Assembly: GCF_004010195.1 (NCBI RefSeq)
Contig: NC_057754.1
Coordinates: 8,403,023 to 8,467,022, forward strand
Source of the DNA: Chiloscyllium plagiosum
Lineage: Eukaryota
Direction of reading: 5' to 3'
Length of the DNA stretch: 64,000 nt
Shown here: positions 47,854-60,991 of the stretch, one piece after another
Numbering within the stretch: position 1 is the first letter of the stretch
Layout of the letters: every line of letters starts with the position of its first letter
The notes under the pieces: generated by a model
The model's database searches: none
What the model saw: only the letters and a program-made list of their open reading frames with translations
What the model was told of the DNA's origin: nothing
Position numbers and translations under genes: made by a program

Positions 47854-49074
47854 CTTTCATGTTCACATTCTGCTATTATTCACATCCACAATTGAAAATT
47901 CTCATATTTGGAGTTTATTTTTGCTGCAGTTCAACTCCAACCTGTTGTAGAGTTACTGATATTCATAATGTTTGTTGTTTGTGACTAATTGATCAGCCAG
48001 GGTCTAATTGAATGGCAGACCTGGCCAAGGGGTTGAATGGCCTACTCCAACTCCAATGTATCCCAGCCATCGCATTCTCTTTTAGTTTGCTGAAATACTG
48101 GTTTATGGAGTTCTTCCCATTCTTCCATGAGTTTCCATCCATTAGTATTGTTTGAGTCCAAGTTTCCTAGGAATCGGAACTGGGCATTTGGTTCCTGGAG
48201 ACTACTCTGTTCATTGAGGTTATGGCTGATCTGCAACTGAAAGTACACAGATAAATAACAATTTTAATGCTGGCTTCCCCAATCTGTTACAAGCTATTTT
48301 ACAATGAGTTTTTTTGTTTTTATCCCACCTTCAGTTAGGAAAGTTTCCCAAGGTGCAACTCGGAAGCATTCACTGTCAAATTTGACAAAACTCTATCTTA
48401 TCTAATCAACCTATTCAGAGATGTTATTACAGATCGCAGGAGCAGGTAGAATTTTAACCCAAACCTCTGGTTCAGGGGTAGGGACACTACCACCTCTCTG
48501 AAAGAGCCCTATCTTCTGACAAAAATATTGACAATGAGTTGAAGAACGGGAGATTGGGAGGTAAAATGCTTTGATAATGGCTTGGGTTTTTAAGACAAAG
48601 GAGGAGAATTACAGACTATCTGAGAGGGATAGTGAGGATGTTAGGTTTGATGACTAAAGGCCCAGACTGTGTGACAGAGAGAGTGTATGTGTGAGGGAGG
48701 GATGTGTCAGAGGCTAGAGTTTGAGGAATGCAGAGCTCTCATGGTGTTGTCCGGATGGATGTTACAGATATTAGCAGGTGTGAGCAATGGAAGGGATTTG
48801 AAGAGAAGATAAGAATATACAAATGGAGGCATTTGTGGAGCTGGAGTCATTGCAGGTCCAGTGAACACAGAGTGTAAGGGATAAGTGTAACATGGGGATG
48901 GTCAGGGAAATGTGCATCAGAATTTGGATAGGCTGAAGCTTCAGCAGGGGAAGACAGTTAGAGAACTAGAATAGACGAGCAGAAGGGCAACACAGTCACA
49001 TGAGCCTGAGAGAGGTGCTGAGGGAATAACAGGTAATCACTGTACATTCAGAACCTGATGTCATGTGTTTGGCA

Positions 49075-51570
49075 GCTTTTTCACTCAGAGGGTGTATGGA
49101 ATGAGCTGCCAGAGGAAGTGGTGGAGGCTGGTATAATTGCAATATTTTAAGAGGCATTTGGATGGGTATATGAATAGGAAGGGTTTGGAGGGATATGGGC
49201 TGGGTGTTGGCAGGTGGGACTACATTGGGTTGGACCAAAGGGTCTGTTTCCATGCTGTACAGCTCTATGACTCTTAAGTCATCAATCACTCCTTGAAGGA
49301 GAATCCAAGGTAATGGAGATGAGGGATCCAGTGCCGAAAATTGTGATAAACTAAAGAGAAGACCAGGTAGAACTGAGGGAAATGATAATCAAAGCACTGA
49401 CGGAAAGGAAAAAATTCTTCGAGGTAAGGCTCGAGGTTGTGAAAGTGGTGATGAGATAGAAATAAAAGCTCTGCATCTGAAGGCAAGTAGTATTCATTGC
49501 ACAATGTATTAATTAACAGCTCAAATCTGAATAAATATGTATGATATGATAGCATTACAAAGGCACAGCTCCAAGATAACAAATTTAGATAACATGGGAC
49601 CTGAATATTGAAGAGTACGTGCACTGCTGATGGACAGAATGTTAGGAAAAGGTGAATGAACAGCTTTGCTTAGAATGACTTTTCTACAATAGATAGTCAT
49701 AACTTTAGTTCTAATGGTGAAGGACTAAAATCGGTTTTGGTAGAGATAAGAAATTCTAAAGTCAAGAAATAATTTGTGGGAGACCGTTTTGCGCCACCTA
49801 ACAATAGGATGGGTATACGGGAGGAAATGGGGGCTTGTGAGAGAGATCAGCAGTAATCACTGTAATTTCAAAATGTGTATTGGCTGGATGAATGAGATTG
49901 GCAAAGGTAACTGGGAGTACGAATTCAGTGAGTATTTCTGGGAGAGTTTCCTGGAGCAGCACATTCTGAAGCCAGATGGAGGAAAGACTACACAAGATGT
50001 GGTAATGTGCCACATAAGGTTTAATTAAGAATGTAATTGTAAATTGCCTTTAGATATCATAACATGAGAGTTTGAGAGGGAAGAGTAGGCCCTAAATTAG
50101 TTTTAAATGATATTAAGGGCAAAATATCATTTATGGAGAACAGTACTTGCTAAAGTGAACTAGAAAAGTAGGTTGAGGAATAGGTCAGTAGAGATAAATG
50201 GCATATATTTGAGGAGATATTTCCTTTCACTTACTAAAGATGCAGGTCATTGTGAAAGAAAGTGCATCCTCCACCTAGAGATAAGAAAACCAAAGAGTAT
50301 CAATTTGAAAGAAAAAAGTGCACAACTCTGTGAAGATTAGTGACAGGCCAGAAGATTGGGCAGAGTCCAAAAACTACAACGAATGACTAAAGAATAGTGA
50401 CGATAGTGAAGTAAGACCATAAAACGAGTTGTAAATATTTTAAAGAAGTGCTCCTGTAAATATTTTAAATCCGAAAAGATTAAAGAAATACTTGTAGAGA
50501 GTGTGACTGAGACGTTAATAATGGAAAGTAAGGAAATGAGAGATGATTTGTACAGATATTTTGTCTGTCATCACAGCAGTGGATACAAATAACCAGAAAG
50601 TCCCATAAATATTTGTAAGTCAGGTGAAGGTAAGGAGAAACATAATCACCAGGAATGTTTACTGGGAGAACTATTATAACTAAAAGCCAATAAGTCACTG
50701 GGTCCTAGGGTGTAGCTTTGCTCGCTGAGCTGTAGGTTTGATATCCAGACGTTTCATTACCTGGCTATGTAACATCCTCGGTGGCGACCTCCAAGTGAAT
50801 CCTGGGTCCTATTGGACTGCATCCTAGGTTCATAAAAGAAGTGGTTGTTGGGATAATTGAAGTTTCAAAATGCTGTAGATTCAGGAATGGTTTAATTAGA
50901 TTGGAAAATAGCCAATGTAAGTGCTCCATTTCAAGAAGAGAGACAAAGTAGGAATTACATGTTAGTTTAACATCAATCATAGGGGAAATACTGGAGTCTT
51001 TTAAGGTAGTATTTGCAAGGAATTTAGAAAATCTGTGATCAGGCAGAGTCAGCATGGTTTTGTGAAAGTGCAATCATGTCTGACATTCATTCAGTTTCTT
51101 GAAGTAATACACCATTTGAAAAGTGGCAATCTGTGCTACGATTAGACTTGCAGAAAGAAGCGCCTTGAATCTTATTGAAACATACAAGATCCTGAGGAGA
51201 TTTGACAATGTAGATCATAAGATGTTTCCCATATGGGAGACACTAGTAAAGAGACTAGTGAAATATGTCACAGTTTAAAGACAAAGGCACTCTCTCATGT
51301 AAGATGGAGGTGAGGAGACTTTCTATGAGATTTGAGAGTCTTTGGATCTCTCTTTCCCCAGAGCAGCGGGGACTCAGCCTTTGAACATTTGTAAGGCAGA
51401 GTGAGATAGATTTTTGATGTTTTTGAAAAATATAAGTAAAAGGGTAGGCAGGAAAGTAGAGTTGAAGCCACTCAGAGTCGAAAGGTGTGTGTGGTGAAGC
51501 CAGTCAGATCAACCAATGGTCTTATTAAATGGTGGAGCAGGTTTGAGGGGCTGAGTGGCCTACCCTGTTC
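49075..51570 (+). mobile_element. CR1 fragments: young 3' end at 49075-49275; old EN-to-3' remnant at ~49440-51570 with a pLTR piece at ~50710-50797
   Basis: WNELPEEVVEAG-type end; decayed EN and RT motifs; CR1 3'UTR at ~51520-51570. Confidence 0.7.
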
Positions 51571-51699
51571 CTGTTAGTGAGGTGGAAGCCAAGTGAGGTC
51601 AGTCCCAGTGGCTGATGGTAAACGGGGTGTTGATGGATCTTATAGTTGACTTGGAGCTCAGCACGAGGAGGGATTCTGTCCCACACCTACACAGGGTGT

Positions 51700-51905
51700 C
51701 TCTTTGCCAGGTGGCCCATTCAGTCCACAGCAACCCTCCAGAGAGCATCTCACCCAGACCCTGTATTTTCCATGGCCTTTGGGAAGAAACTGGACCACCC
51801 AGGGGAAACCCATACAGACACAGTGTGCGAACTCCATAAAGACAGTCACCTGTGGCTGGAATTGAACCCAGGTCCCTGGCGATGTGAAGCAGCAGTACTA
51901 ACTCC
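51700..51905 (-). mobile_element. HE1-type SINE, internally deleted
   Basis: Head (TGCTGCTTCACATCGCCAGGGACCTGGGTTCAATTCC on the minus strand) and tail homology. Confidence 0.75.
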
Positions 51906-52075
51906 CTGTAACTAGGATTCAAGTTGTTTGTGTGTGTGTAAAAGCTATATCTTAATGTTTCTGTATTCTTGATTTGTGGAATGAAATGTTAAAAGGTCTC
52001 TGTTAAAAACCAGAAGGATTACTGAACTTTTTTAAAAGCAAGAACCTTACCCTCATTTTAAATGTTATCTACGCA

Positions 52076-52296
52076 AAGATTTGTAGCTCGGGTGCTCGTT
52101 GTTGTGGTTCTGTTCGTCGAGCTGGGAATTTGTGTTGCAGATGTTTCCCGGCCACTGCAGCGGACAGCTGGAACTGACAACCGGAATCAGCAGATTCAAA
52201 CCACTATAAATGCCGGAGGAAACCCCACAGGAGGCTCCCAAGCACTGAGGATGTCACCTATAGACGGGACGAAACGTCTGCAACACAAATTCCCAG
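52076..52296 (+). mobile_element. Penelope pLTR, family E, with an inverted 5' piece and a hammerhead (52242-52281)
   Basis: GCA-CTGAGGA-T-GTC..GAC-GAAAC-GTC-TGC; inverted arm CTGGGAATTTGTGTTGCAGA. Duplication TTATCTACGCA / TTATTTACGCA. Confidence 0.78.
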
Positions 52297-53189
52297 TTAT
52301 TTACGCAGTTGTCTATGCAAGTAATTCAAAGCCAAGGTATTGACAAGCTGGAACTGGGGGTGGGGTGGGGGAGGGGTGCCAATGTGCACATGAAGCTTTG
52401 GCTGGCAATGAGTCGCTGATTGACCTGTGGACTAATGACCAGTTATCAATGACAAAGGACTCCTGTCTGCAAATAATTATTGATTGGCTCCAGGTAGCTG
52501 AAGAACTTGGGGAAAGAAATGTTTGGGTCGAGGCCATCGGACCTTCAGAAGGGAAGGAGCTGTTTTGTTCGACAGTTTAAAAAGCATCTCGACCCTGGAG
52601 AGAGCGTGCTGATTTCTCCTCATCAGTCGCTGTAAGCTGGGACTTTTAATTAATAACTGCGAGACCTTTTACGTGCGAACCAGTCAACTTGTGCCTCCTG
52701 CAAACACCAAGTGAAAGTATCAGGAGAGCGAAGATTGAGAAGCAGCATTCTGATCAACAAAAAGGATTATCTCAACCCTGATGGAGAGGGACCCTTGATC
52801 TGCCTTACCATTCTTTCCCTTCACACCTAACACCCATGGTTTCTTTCTCTTGTCTGTCTGTATGTGTATGTACACAGGAATATATAAGGGGGTTAAGAGT
52901 TTTAACTAGTAGAGGTCTATGGCTTTATAATTGTGTATCTGTAGTTAGAATCTACTTAACTTGTAATAAATAATAATTCTTGTCAAGTACAAAAACCTGG
53001 TCTGTGCTTTAACCTGGATTGAAAAGACGGGTAAAGAGGGAAATTCTGTTCGTTTTAAAAAGAAAACCTTGAACTTTTGTGATAACTCTGGAAGTAGTGT
53101 AGCTTGATTTCCAGTGTGCTACTACAATGAGGCACAACCAAGTGGTGTGGTTGGGATGGGAGCTGACTTGGAAAAGTTCATATAACACC

Positions 53190-54125
53190 ATCATCTCCTC
53201 AACAATATGGAAAATTGCTCAGGTATGTCCTGTACAAACACCACAAGACCAATCCAACCCCAGCCAATTACTGCTGTGTCAGTCTACTCTTGATCAGGTG
53301 TCATCAACAGTGTTACCAAGCTGCACTTTCTTAACAATAACCTGCTCATTGACACTCTGTTTGGGTTCTGCTGTGGCCACTGAACTGACCTAATTACAGA
53401 CTTGATCCAAAGATGGACAAAAGAGCTGAATTCCACAGGTGAGGTGTCCACAGCTCTAGATGTCAAAGTTGCATTTGACCAAAGGTGGCATCAAGGAGTC
53501 CCAGCAAAATTAGTCAGTTGGTATCAGGGGAACTCTTCACTGGTTCGGAGTCGCACCTTACCCGTAGGAAGATGGTCGTCATTGTTGGAGATCAGTTATC
53601 TCAGTTTCAGGGTAACTCTGCAGGAGTTCCTCAGTAGTGTTCCAGACCCAACAGTCTTCAGCTGCTTTATCAATGACTTTCCCTTCATCGTAAGGTCAGA
53701 AGTGGGGATGTTTGCTGATAACTGCACAATGTTTAGTGCCATTCATGATTCATCAGATGATGAAGCAGTCCGTGTCCAAATGCAACAAGGTATAACTTGG
53801 ACTGACAAGTGGCAACTACCAATCACTCCAATCAATGACCATTTCCTACAAGAGAGAATCTAATCATCACACCTTAACAGTTAATGTTATCACCATCTCT
53901 GAATCTCCCATATCAACATACTGGCGCATATAATTAACCAGAGATTGGACATGTATTTACTGTGTGTCAATCAAAGATTAAGAATCCTTTATCAAGTAGC
54001 TTCTGACTCCCCACAGCCTATCCACCATCTACAAGGCACAAGTCAGGAGTAAGATGCCAGGATGGGTCCAGCTTGACAGTACCCAGGACAAAGAAACCTT
54101 GATTGGTATCATGTTCACAAGCATC
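53190..54125 (+). mobile_element. Non-LTR retrotransposon RT fragment (CR1/L2 group, distinct from HER1); its 3' tail probably resumes at ~56066-56190
   Basis: WKIAQVCPV, ALDVKVAFDQRWHQG, FINDFP..MFADNCT. Confidence 0.72.
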
Positions 54126-54132
54126 CAGGGAT

Positions 54133-54691
54133 TGTAAAAGCACAGGTTCTGAAAAGTCTGAGGTTGAAGGGTTTTAGGGCCAGTTTGGTTATAGCTAACA
54201 GATACTGCCTCAGGGAAAAAAAGGCTTTCCAGTTTAAAAACAAACACTTGTACAATGAAAGGGGAGTGGCCAGTTCTCCCAGCTCAACTTTTCTCTGGTT
54301 TGGTTTGGTCTGGCTATTCACTGAAAGAAGTTGGAAAAGCTGCTGGACCCAAAGAAGCAGGTCTAGGCTGATCCTCCTCTCCCACTGACATCTCTCCTGT
54401 AAGATCCAGTGTTTGAGTTTAACTTTTGTGCCAAGGGGTGTTTGTGGGAATTGTTGCAAGCATTTGGAACAGCATCATTAAGTTAGGATATTCTATTGGG
54501 TTTTCAGATCGGTTGTGTTATTCTGCATTCCGTTCTCTTTTGTTTGTGTTTCATTTGGTAACCTTGAAAATAAATTCAGTCTTGTTTAAAACTAAGTGGC
54601 TTGACCAGCTGTTTCTCTCCTTGAATATCCACTTAACACCTGCTTAAAACAACGTGAAATGTTTTGAGGGGGTCTGGCCTGGTCCATAACA
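54133..54691 (+). mobile_element. Solo LTR
   Basis: TGTAA...ATAACA termini, AATAAA at ~54569, and similarity to the LTR at 60992-61583. TSD not evident. Confidence 0.55.
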
Positions 54692-54714
54692 CTTGAGAGA
54701 GAATGAGGTAGATG

Positions 54715-56060
54715 TTAGAGTCAGAGGTATCCAACATGGAAACAAAGCTTTTCGTCTAACTCATCCATACCAACCAGATATTCTAAATTAATGTAGTCCC
54801 ATTTCCAGCTTTGGCCCATATCTGTCTAAGCCCTTCATATTCATATACTACCATATGCCTTTTAAATGTAATTGTACCAGCCTCCACTTCCTTTGGCAGT
54901 TCATTCCATACACACACCACTGTGTGCATGAAAAAGTTGCTTCTTGGTTCCCTTTTAAAGCTTTCCCTTCTCACCTTAATCTTATGCTGTCTAGTTTTGG
55001 ACTCCCCTACCCTGTGGAAAAGACCTTGACTATTCAGCCTATTAATACCTTTCATGATTTTATAGAACTGTATAAGGCCCCCCATCCCAGCCTCCGATGC
55101 TCCAGGGAAAATAGCCCAAGCCTATTTAGCCTCTCCCTGTAGCTGAAACCTTTGTACATCTTTTCTGAGCCCTTTCAAGTTTAACAACATCTTTCCGGTA
55201 GCAGGGAGACCAGAACTGAATTCAGTATGCCAAAAGTGGCCTAACCAATGCATAGTTGTGACATGACCTCCTAAATTCTATACTCCTTAATCGATAAAGG
55301 AAAGTGTACCAAGAATGCTGCCTTCACTAACCTGTCTACCTGCGACTCCACTTATAAGGAACAATGAACCTGAACTTAAAGATCTCTTTGTTCAGCAACA
55401 CTCCCCAGGACCTTACCCTGTAAGGTATAAGTCCTGCTCTGAGTTACTCGACCAAACTTTAGCACCTCACATTTATCTAGGATAAACTGGACTAGATGGG
55501 CCAATGGGCTGAGAAGTGGCAGATGGAGTTTAATTCAGATAAATGCGAGGGGCTGCATTTTGGGAAAGCAAATCTTAGCAGGACTTACTTAATGGTAAGG
55601 TCCTAGGGAGTGTTGCTGAACAAAAAGACCTTGGAGTGCAGGTTCACAACTCCTTGAAAGTGGAGTCGCAGGTAGATAGGATAGTGAAGAAGGCTTTGGT
55701 ATGCTTTCCTTTATCGGTCAGAGTATTGAGTACAGGAGTTGGGAGGTCATGTTGCGGCTTTACAGGACATTGGTTTGGCCACTGTTGGAATATTGTGTAC
55801 TAGTAAGTGTATGGAATGAGCTGCCAGAGGATCTGGTGGAGGCTGGTACAATTGCAACACTTAAGAGACATTTGGATGGGTATGGGCCAGGTGCTGGCAG
55901 GTGGGACTAGATTGGGTTGGGATATCTGGTCAGCATGGACGGGTTGGACCGAAGGGTCTGTTTCCATGCTGTCCATCTCTATGACAATGACTGTAAATGC
56001 CATCTGCCACTCCTCGGCCCATCTGATCAAGGTGCAGTTTTACTCTGAGATAACATTCTT
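54715..56060. mobile_element. Minus-strand CR1 with a plus-strand CR1 (~55490-55990) nested inside
   Basis: RT C-terminal motifs on both strands; the minus copy resumes after 55990. Confidence 0.8.
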
Positions 56061-56559
56061 GGCTGTCCACCCACAGCAGGTGGACTAAAGCAATTCAAAA
56101 AGGCAACTCCCCATCACCTTTACAAGGACAATTAGGGCAGGCAATAGACACTGGCCAGCCAGCAATGCCCACATTCCACAAGTGAATAGAGAAACCTGAC
56201 ATCTCAGGAATCAATTTAGTGAACCTTTCTTGCTCTCAATTCCAGCGCCAGAACATCCCACCCCCAGATTAGGAGATGAGACAGTGAGGTAAAAGATGAT
56301 GTGTAGTAGTATGCAGATTTAGAATAAAATGAATATAGGTTGATGTGGTTTATAGGGTATTAGACAATACTGCATATAGCAAGCTATGCCAAAAAGTGTT
56401 GTTAGATCCAAGGGGAAATTGGAAATGGATCCAAAGTTGATTTTGTGAAAGGAACAAATAATTTATGGATAGTTTCTGAATACCATTTCTGGTGGTGTTT
56501 CTTTGCTTTCTGAGGTTTGTATACATCAATGATTGAATGTACGAGACAGAATTTATAAG

Positions 56560-57840
56560 TTATAGAGTCATAGAGATGTACAGCATGGAATCAGACCCTT
56601 TGGTCCAACTCATCCATGCCAACCAGATATCCCAACCCAATCTAGTCCCACCTGCCAGCACCTGGCCCATATCCCTCCAAACCCTTCCTGTTCATATACC
56701 CATCCAGATGCCTTTTAAATGTTGCAATTGTACCAGCCTCCACTACTTCCTCTGGCAGCTCATTCATACATGTACCACCCTCTGCGTAAAAGAGTTGCCC
56801 CTTACATCTCTTTTATATCTTTCCCCTCTAGTTATGGACTCCCCCATCTCAGGGAAAGGACTTTGGGTTTATTTATCCTATCCACGCCCTTCGTAATTTT
56901 ATAAACCTCAATAAGATCATCCCTCAGCCTCCGATGCTCCAGGGAAAACAGCCCCAGCCAATTCAACCTCTCCCTATAGCTCAAATCCTCCAACCCTGGC
57001 AACATCCTTGTAAATCTTTTCTGAACCCTTTTAAGTTTCACAACATCTTTCCGATAGGAAGGAGACCAAAACTGCACGCAATATTCCAACAGTGTCTTAA
57101 CCAATGTCCTATACAGCTGCAACATGACCTCCCAACTCTTGTACTCAGTACTCTGACCAATAAAGGAAAGCATACCAAACGCCTTCTTCGCTATCCTATC
57201 TACCTGTGACTCCACTTTCAAGGAGCTATGAACCTGCACTCCAAGTCTCTTTGTTCAGCAACACTTCTTAGGTCCTTACCATTAAGTGTATAAGTCCTGT
57301 AAGATTTGCTTTCCCAAAATGCAGCACCTCGCATTTATCTAAATTAAACACCATCTTCCACTTCTCAGCCCATTGGCCCATCTGATCAAGATCCCGTTGT
57401 AATCAGAAGTAACCTTCTTCGCTGTCCACTACACCTCCAATTTTGGTGTCATCTACAAACTTACTAACTGTACCTCTTATGCTCGCATCCAAATCATTTA
57501 TTTAAATGACAAAAAGTAGTGGACCCAGCACTGATCCTTGTGGCACTCCACTGGTCACAGGCCTCCAGTCTGAAAAACAACCCTCCACACCACCCTCTGT
57601 CTTCTATCTTTGAGCCAGTTCTGTTTCCAAATGGCTAGTTCTCCCTATATTTCATGAGACCTAACTTTGTTAACCACTCTCCCATGGGGAACCTTGTCAA
57701 GCGCCTTACTGAAGTCCATATAGATCATCAGTCCTCTTTGTTACTTCAAAAAACTCAGTCAAGTTTGTGAGACATGATTTCCCACACACAAAGCCATGTT
57801 GTCTATCCCTAATCAGTCCTTGCCTTTTCAAATACATGTA
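56560..57840 (-). mobile_element. CR1 (HER1-like) RT to 3' end, relatively young
   Basis: KKAFGMLSFIGQSTEYKSWEVMLQLYRTLV..LEYCVQFWSPSYRKDVVKLKRVQKRFTRMLPGL. Confidence 0.92.
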
Positions 57841-58229
57841 TTTGAGACATCTGAGGAGAGAGATACAGATTTAGCATTTTGAGTGCATTGACACTCTTCA
57901 AAACACACTCCACAGATACTGCCAAACTTGCTGAGTTTCTCCAGCACTTTGTTTTTATTTCAGGTTTTTTTACACAACATTGTCCCTTTGAATTGTTTTG
58001 GATGGCACTGCTCATACACACTTGTCACAAAGTGAGGGGACACTACTTTGCAGACTGCTGCATGTATACATACGCACATACACTCTCACATAGCAAGGCC
58101 AGTGTGATATCTTGCAGGCTTCTACACAGCTGTTTGTTAAGTAGGAACTTTGCAACTCGGTGTGCTGAAAGTGGCAAATTGAATTCAATTTAAAATAGTT
58201 TTTGCGTGAATATTTATCAAATTTGGGGG

Positions 58230-58570
58230 TGGGGGTGATGGCCTACTAGCATTATGGCTGGATTGTTAATCCAGAGACCCCAGGGATCCTGGTCTGAATC
58301 CCACCAAGGCAAATGGAGGAATTTGAATTCAATTTTAAAAATCTGGAAGTATGATTATGTCTAACTATGATCATGAATGTATTATCGATTGTCAGGAAAA
58401 AAAAAATCTGGGTTCACTAATGCCCTTTAGGGAAGGAAACTGCCATCCAGGCTGACATGTGACTCCAGATCCACAGCAATGTGGTTGACTCTTAACTGCC
58501 CTTTGGGCAAATTAGGGATGGGCAATAAATGCTGGCCAAACCAGCAAAACCGTCAACCCATAAATGAATT
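58230..58570 (+). mobile_element. tRNA-headed SINE (not HE1); related copies at ~13855-13985 (+) and ~40830-41260 (-)
   Basis: B-box-like GGTCTGAATCC (58291); body GGTTCACTAATG.CCTTTAGGGAAGGAAA..ACATGTGACTCCAGA..GTGGTTGACTC; tail shared with 56125-56190. Confidence 0.72.
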
Positions 58571-58619
58571 AGTTACATAAGTACATAACATAATACTTAT
58601 GTAAAGGGGAAACAGGTGG

Positions 58620-59890
58620 CCTTTCATTGATAAACTGTGAAAGACTGAAAGTGAGGATATTATCAATGACTGTAGGGAAATGGAACATGTTGAATTAATT
58701 TGTTGGAAGTCCCATGGAAATTAATAGTGGATCAGGAACAAGGACTGAATAAAATTAATGGAAGCAAAAACCATAAGAAATAAGAACAGGAGTAGGCCAA
58801 TCAGCTCCTGTACCCTGCTCCACCATTCTGGCTGATCTGACATTTCTCACATCCATTTTCCTGCCCTTTCACCATAACTCTTGATTCCCCTGCTGATCAA
58901 GAACCTATCTATCTTAGCCTTAAATATACATAAGGACTCTAACCGCTCTGAGGGAACAAGATCCAAAGATTCTCGTCCCTCTGAGAGAAGAAATACCTGC
59001 TCATCTCAGTCTTAAATTGGAGTAAGGAGCAATTTTGACCACTAAAGATTGAAGGTGTGGATATTGTTGATGACTGTGAGGAAATGGTAGACATGTTGAA
59101 CAATTACTTGTCCTCGGTATTTAGAGTAGAAAAGAGAGGTAGCTTGCCAGAAGTCCTGAGAAAATTAATTGTGGATCAGGATCACGATCAGTGTCTGAAT
59201 AAAGTTTCTGTCATGTAAAACATCACTCATGAGGAAATTAATGGAATTAAGGAATCAGAAATCCCTGGGACTGTATAGTTCCCATCCAATATTAAAGAAA
59301 CTGGGGGAGCACATTGTAACCATCTTAATGATGATTTTTCAGCATTCCCAAGATACAGGAGTCATCCCCTGGGTTTGGAAAATTGTACGTCACTCTGCCT
59401 AGTGAAGAGTAGATGAGGAAAAACAAGGAATTACAGACCAGTTAGCCGAACAACTCTGGTGGGGAAATTCTTAGAGTTTGTAATCAAGCATGGTGCACCT
59501 GAACATCTTTAAAATTTTCAGTTCATCAGGGAGAGCCAGCAAAGATTCATGACAGATAGGCATGCCTTACAAACCCCACAGACGTTTCTTTGAAAAGCTG
59601 ACTAATGTCAGGGGACTAGTGGACAGGGGAATGTCTATGAATATTGTGCACTGTATATGGACTTCCGGAAGGCATTTGATAAAGTTTCACATAATAGAGT
59701 GTTAAATAAGCTGGAAGCCCCTGGGAACTGAGAGTAAATTACTGACATGGCTAGGAAATTGGTTGAGTGGCGGGCAACAGAAAGTAGTGAAAATGGGTAG
59801 GTGCCCAAATTGGCAGGATATGACCAGTGGTGGCTCACAAGGATCTGTGTTAGAATATCAATTTTTTGCATTATATGTTAATGAGTTGGA
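58620..59890 (+). mobile_element. Old CR1 RT fragments (continuing at ~60730-60990 and ~62510-63260), with a minus-strand CR1 3' end at ~58770-59020
   Basis: NYRPVS.TT..GK; YMDFRKAFDKVSH. Confidence 0.72.
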
Positions 59891-59904
59891 TAATGAAACA
59901 GAAA

Positions 59905-60728
59905 GTGGACATCATTATTGTTGGCCAAATGTCAAACAATGATGAGACAGAATACAGGATAGAGATAGAGTGCTTGATGGCTTGGTGTAAAGATAACAAC
60001 CTCTCCCTCAATGTCAACAAAATTAAAGAGCTGATCATCGACTTCAGGAGGCAAGGAAGAGGGCATGCCCCTATCAACATTATAGAGCTGAGGTGGAGAT
60101 GGTCAAGAGCTTGGAGTGACAATCACCAACAGTCTGTCCTGGACCACCCACATTGATGTGACAGTTAAAAAAGTGCGATTGTGCCTATTCTTCCTCAGGA
60201 GGACATTTGGCACGTTCATCAGGATTCTCACTAACTTACATAGGTGCACCATAGGAAGCATTCTATGTGAATGCATCACAGCATGGTATGGCAACTGCTC
60301 TGCCCATAAGAAACTACAGAGAGTTATGAACACAGCCCAGTCTATCACGCAAGCTGACCTTCCATTCATTGACTCCATCTACACTTCTTGCTGCCTTGAA
60401 AAGGCAGCCAACATCATCAAAGACCCCTCCCAGCTCATTTTAATCTCTTCCAAACTCTTCTGAAGATACAAACGCTTAAACACATGTACCAACAGATTCA
60501 AGAACAGCTTCTTCCCCGTTATTGATAAACTTCTGAATGGGCCTCTCAAATTTTAAATGTTTATCTTGCTTTTTGTTTGCTTTCTTTGCAGCTGTAACTC
60601 TACAGCTCTATTCAATCACCCTATGATCTTTGTATGTTATGATCTGCCTGTACGGGATGCAAAACAAAACATTTCACTGTATTGAGGTACATGTGACAAT
60701 AATAAATCAAACCAAATCAGATCAAATC
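59905..60728 (+). mobile_element. Rex1/Babar-like LINE 3' fragment
   Basis: WCKDNNLSLNVNKIKELIIDFRR; LSWTTHI..VKK..RL..FLRR..RCTI.SIL..CITAWYGNCSA..KKLQRV. Tail AATAAATCAAACCAAATC. Confidence 0.78.
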
Positions 60729-60991
60729 GAGTGATATATACAAGTTTGTTGATAGCATTGCAAACAGTGTGAATATATTAGCATAAAATTACTGAGGGAT
60801 TTTGATAGACTGGGTGAATGGGCAAAACTGTGGCAGATAAAGTGTAATGTGAGCAAGTGTAAGGTTATCTATTTGGACTGACAAACGATAGGTCAGGGTA
60901 CTTTCTGGATGGTCTGAAGTTAAATACAGTGGGTGGCCAGAGGAACTTGGCGTTTCAGGTGCATAGATTTTTAAAATGTCACAAACAGATT

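Noticed and set aside
58573..58604. 11-bp inverted repeat TTACATAAGTA/TACTTATGTAA
   Set aside because: Short, AT-rich and at a SINE tail junction; probably a repair or slippage product.
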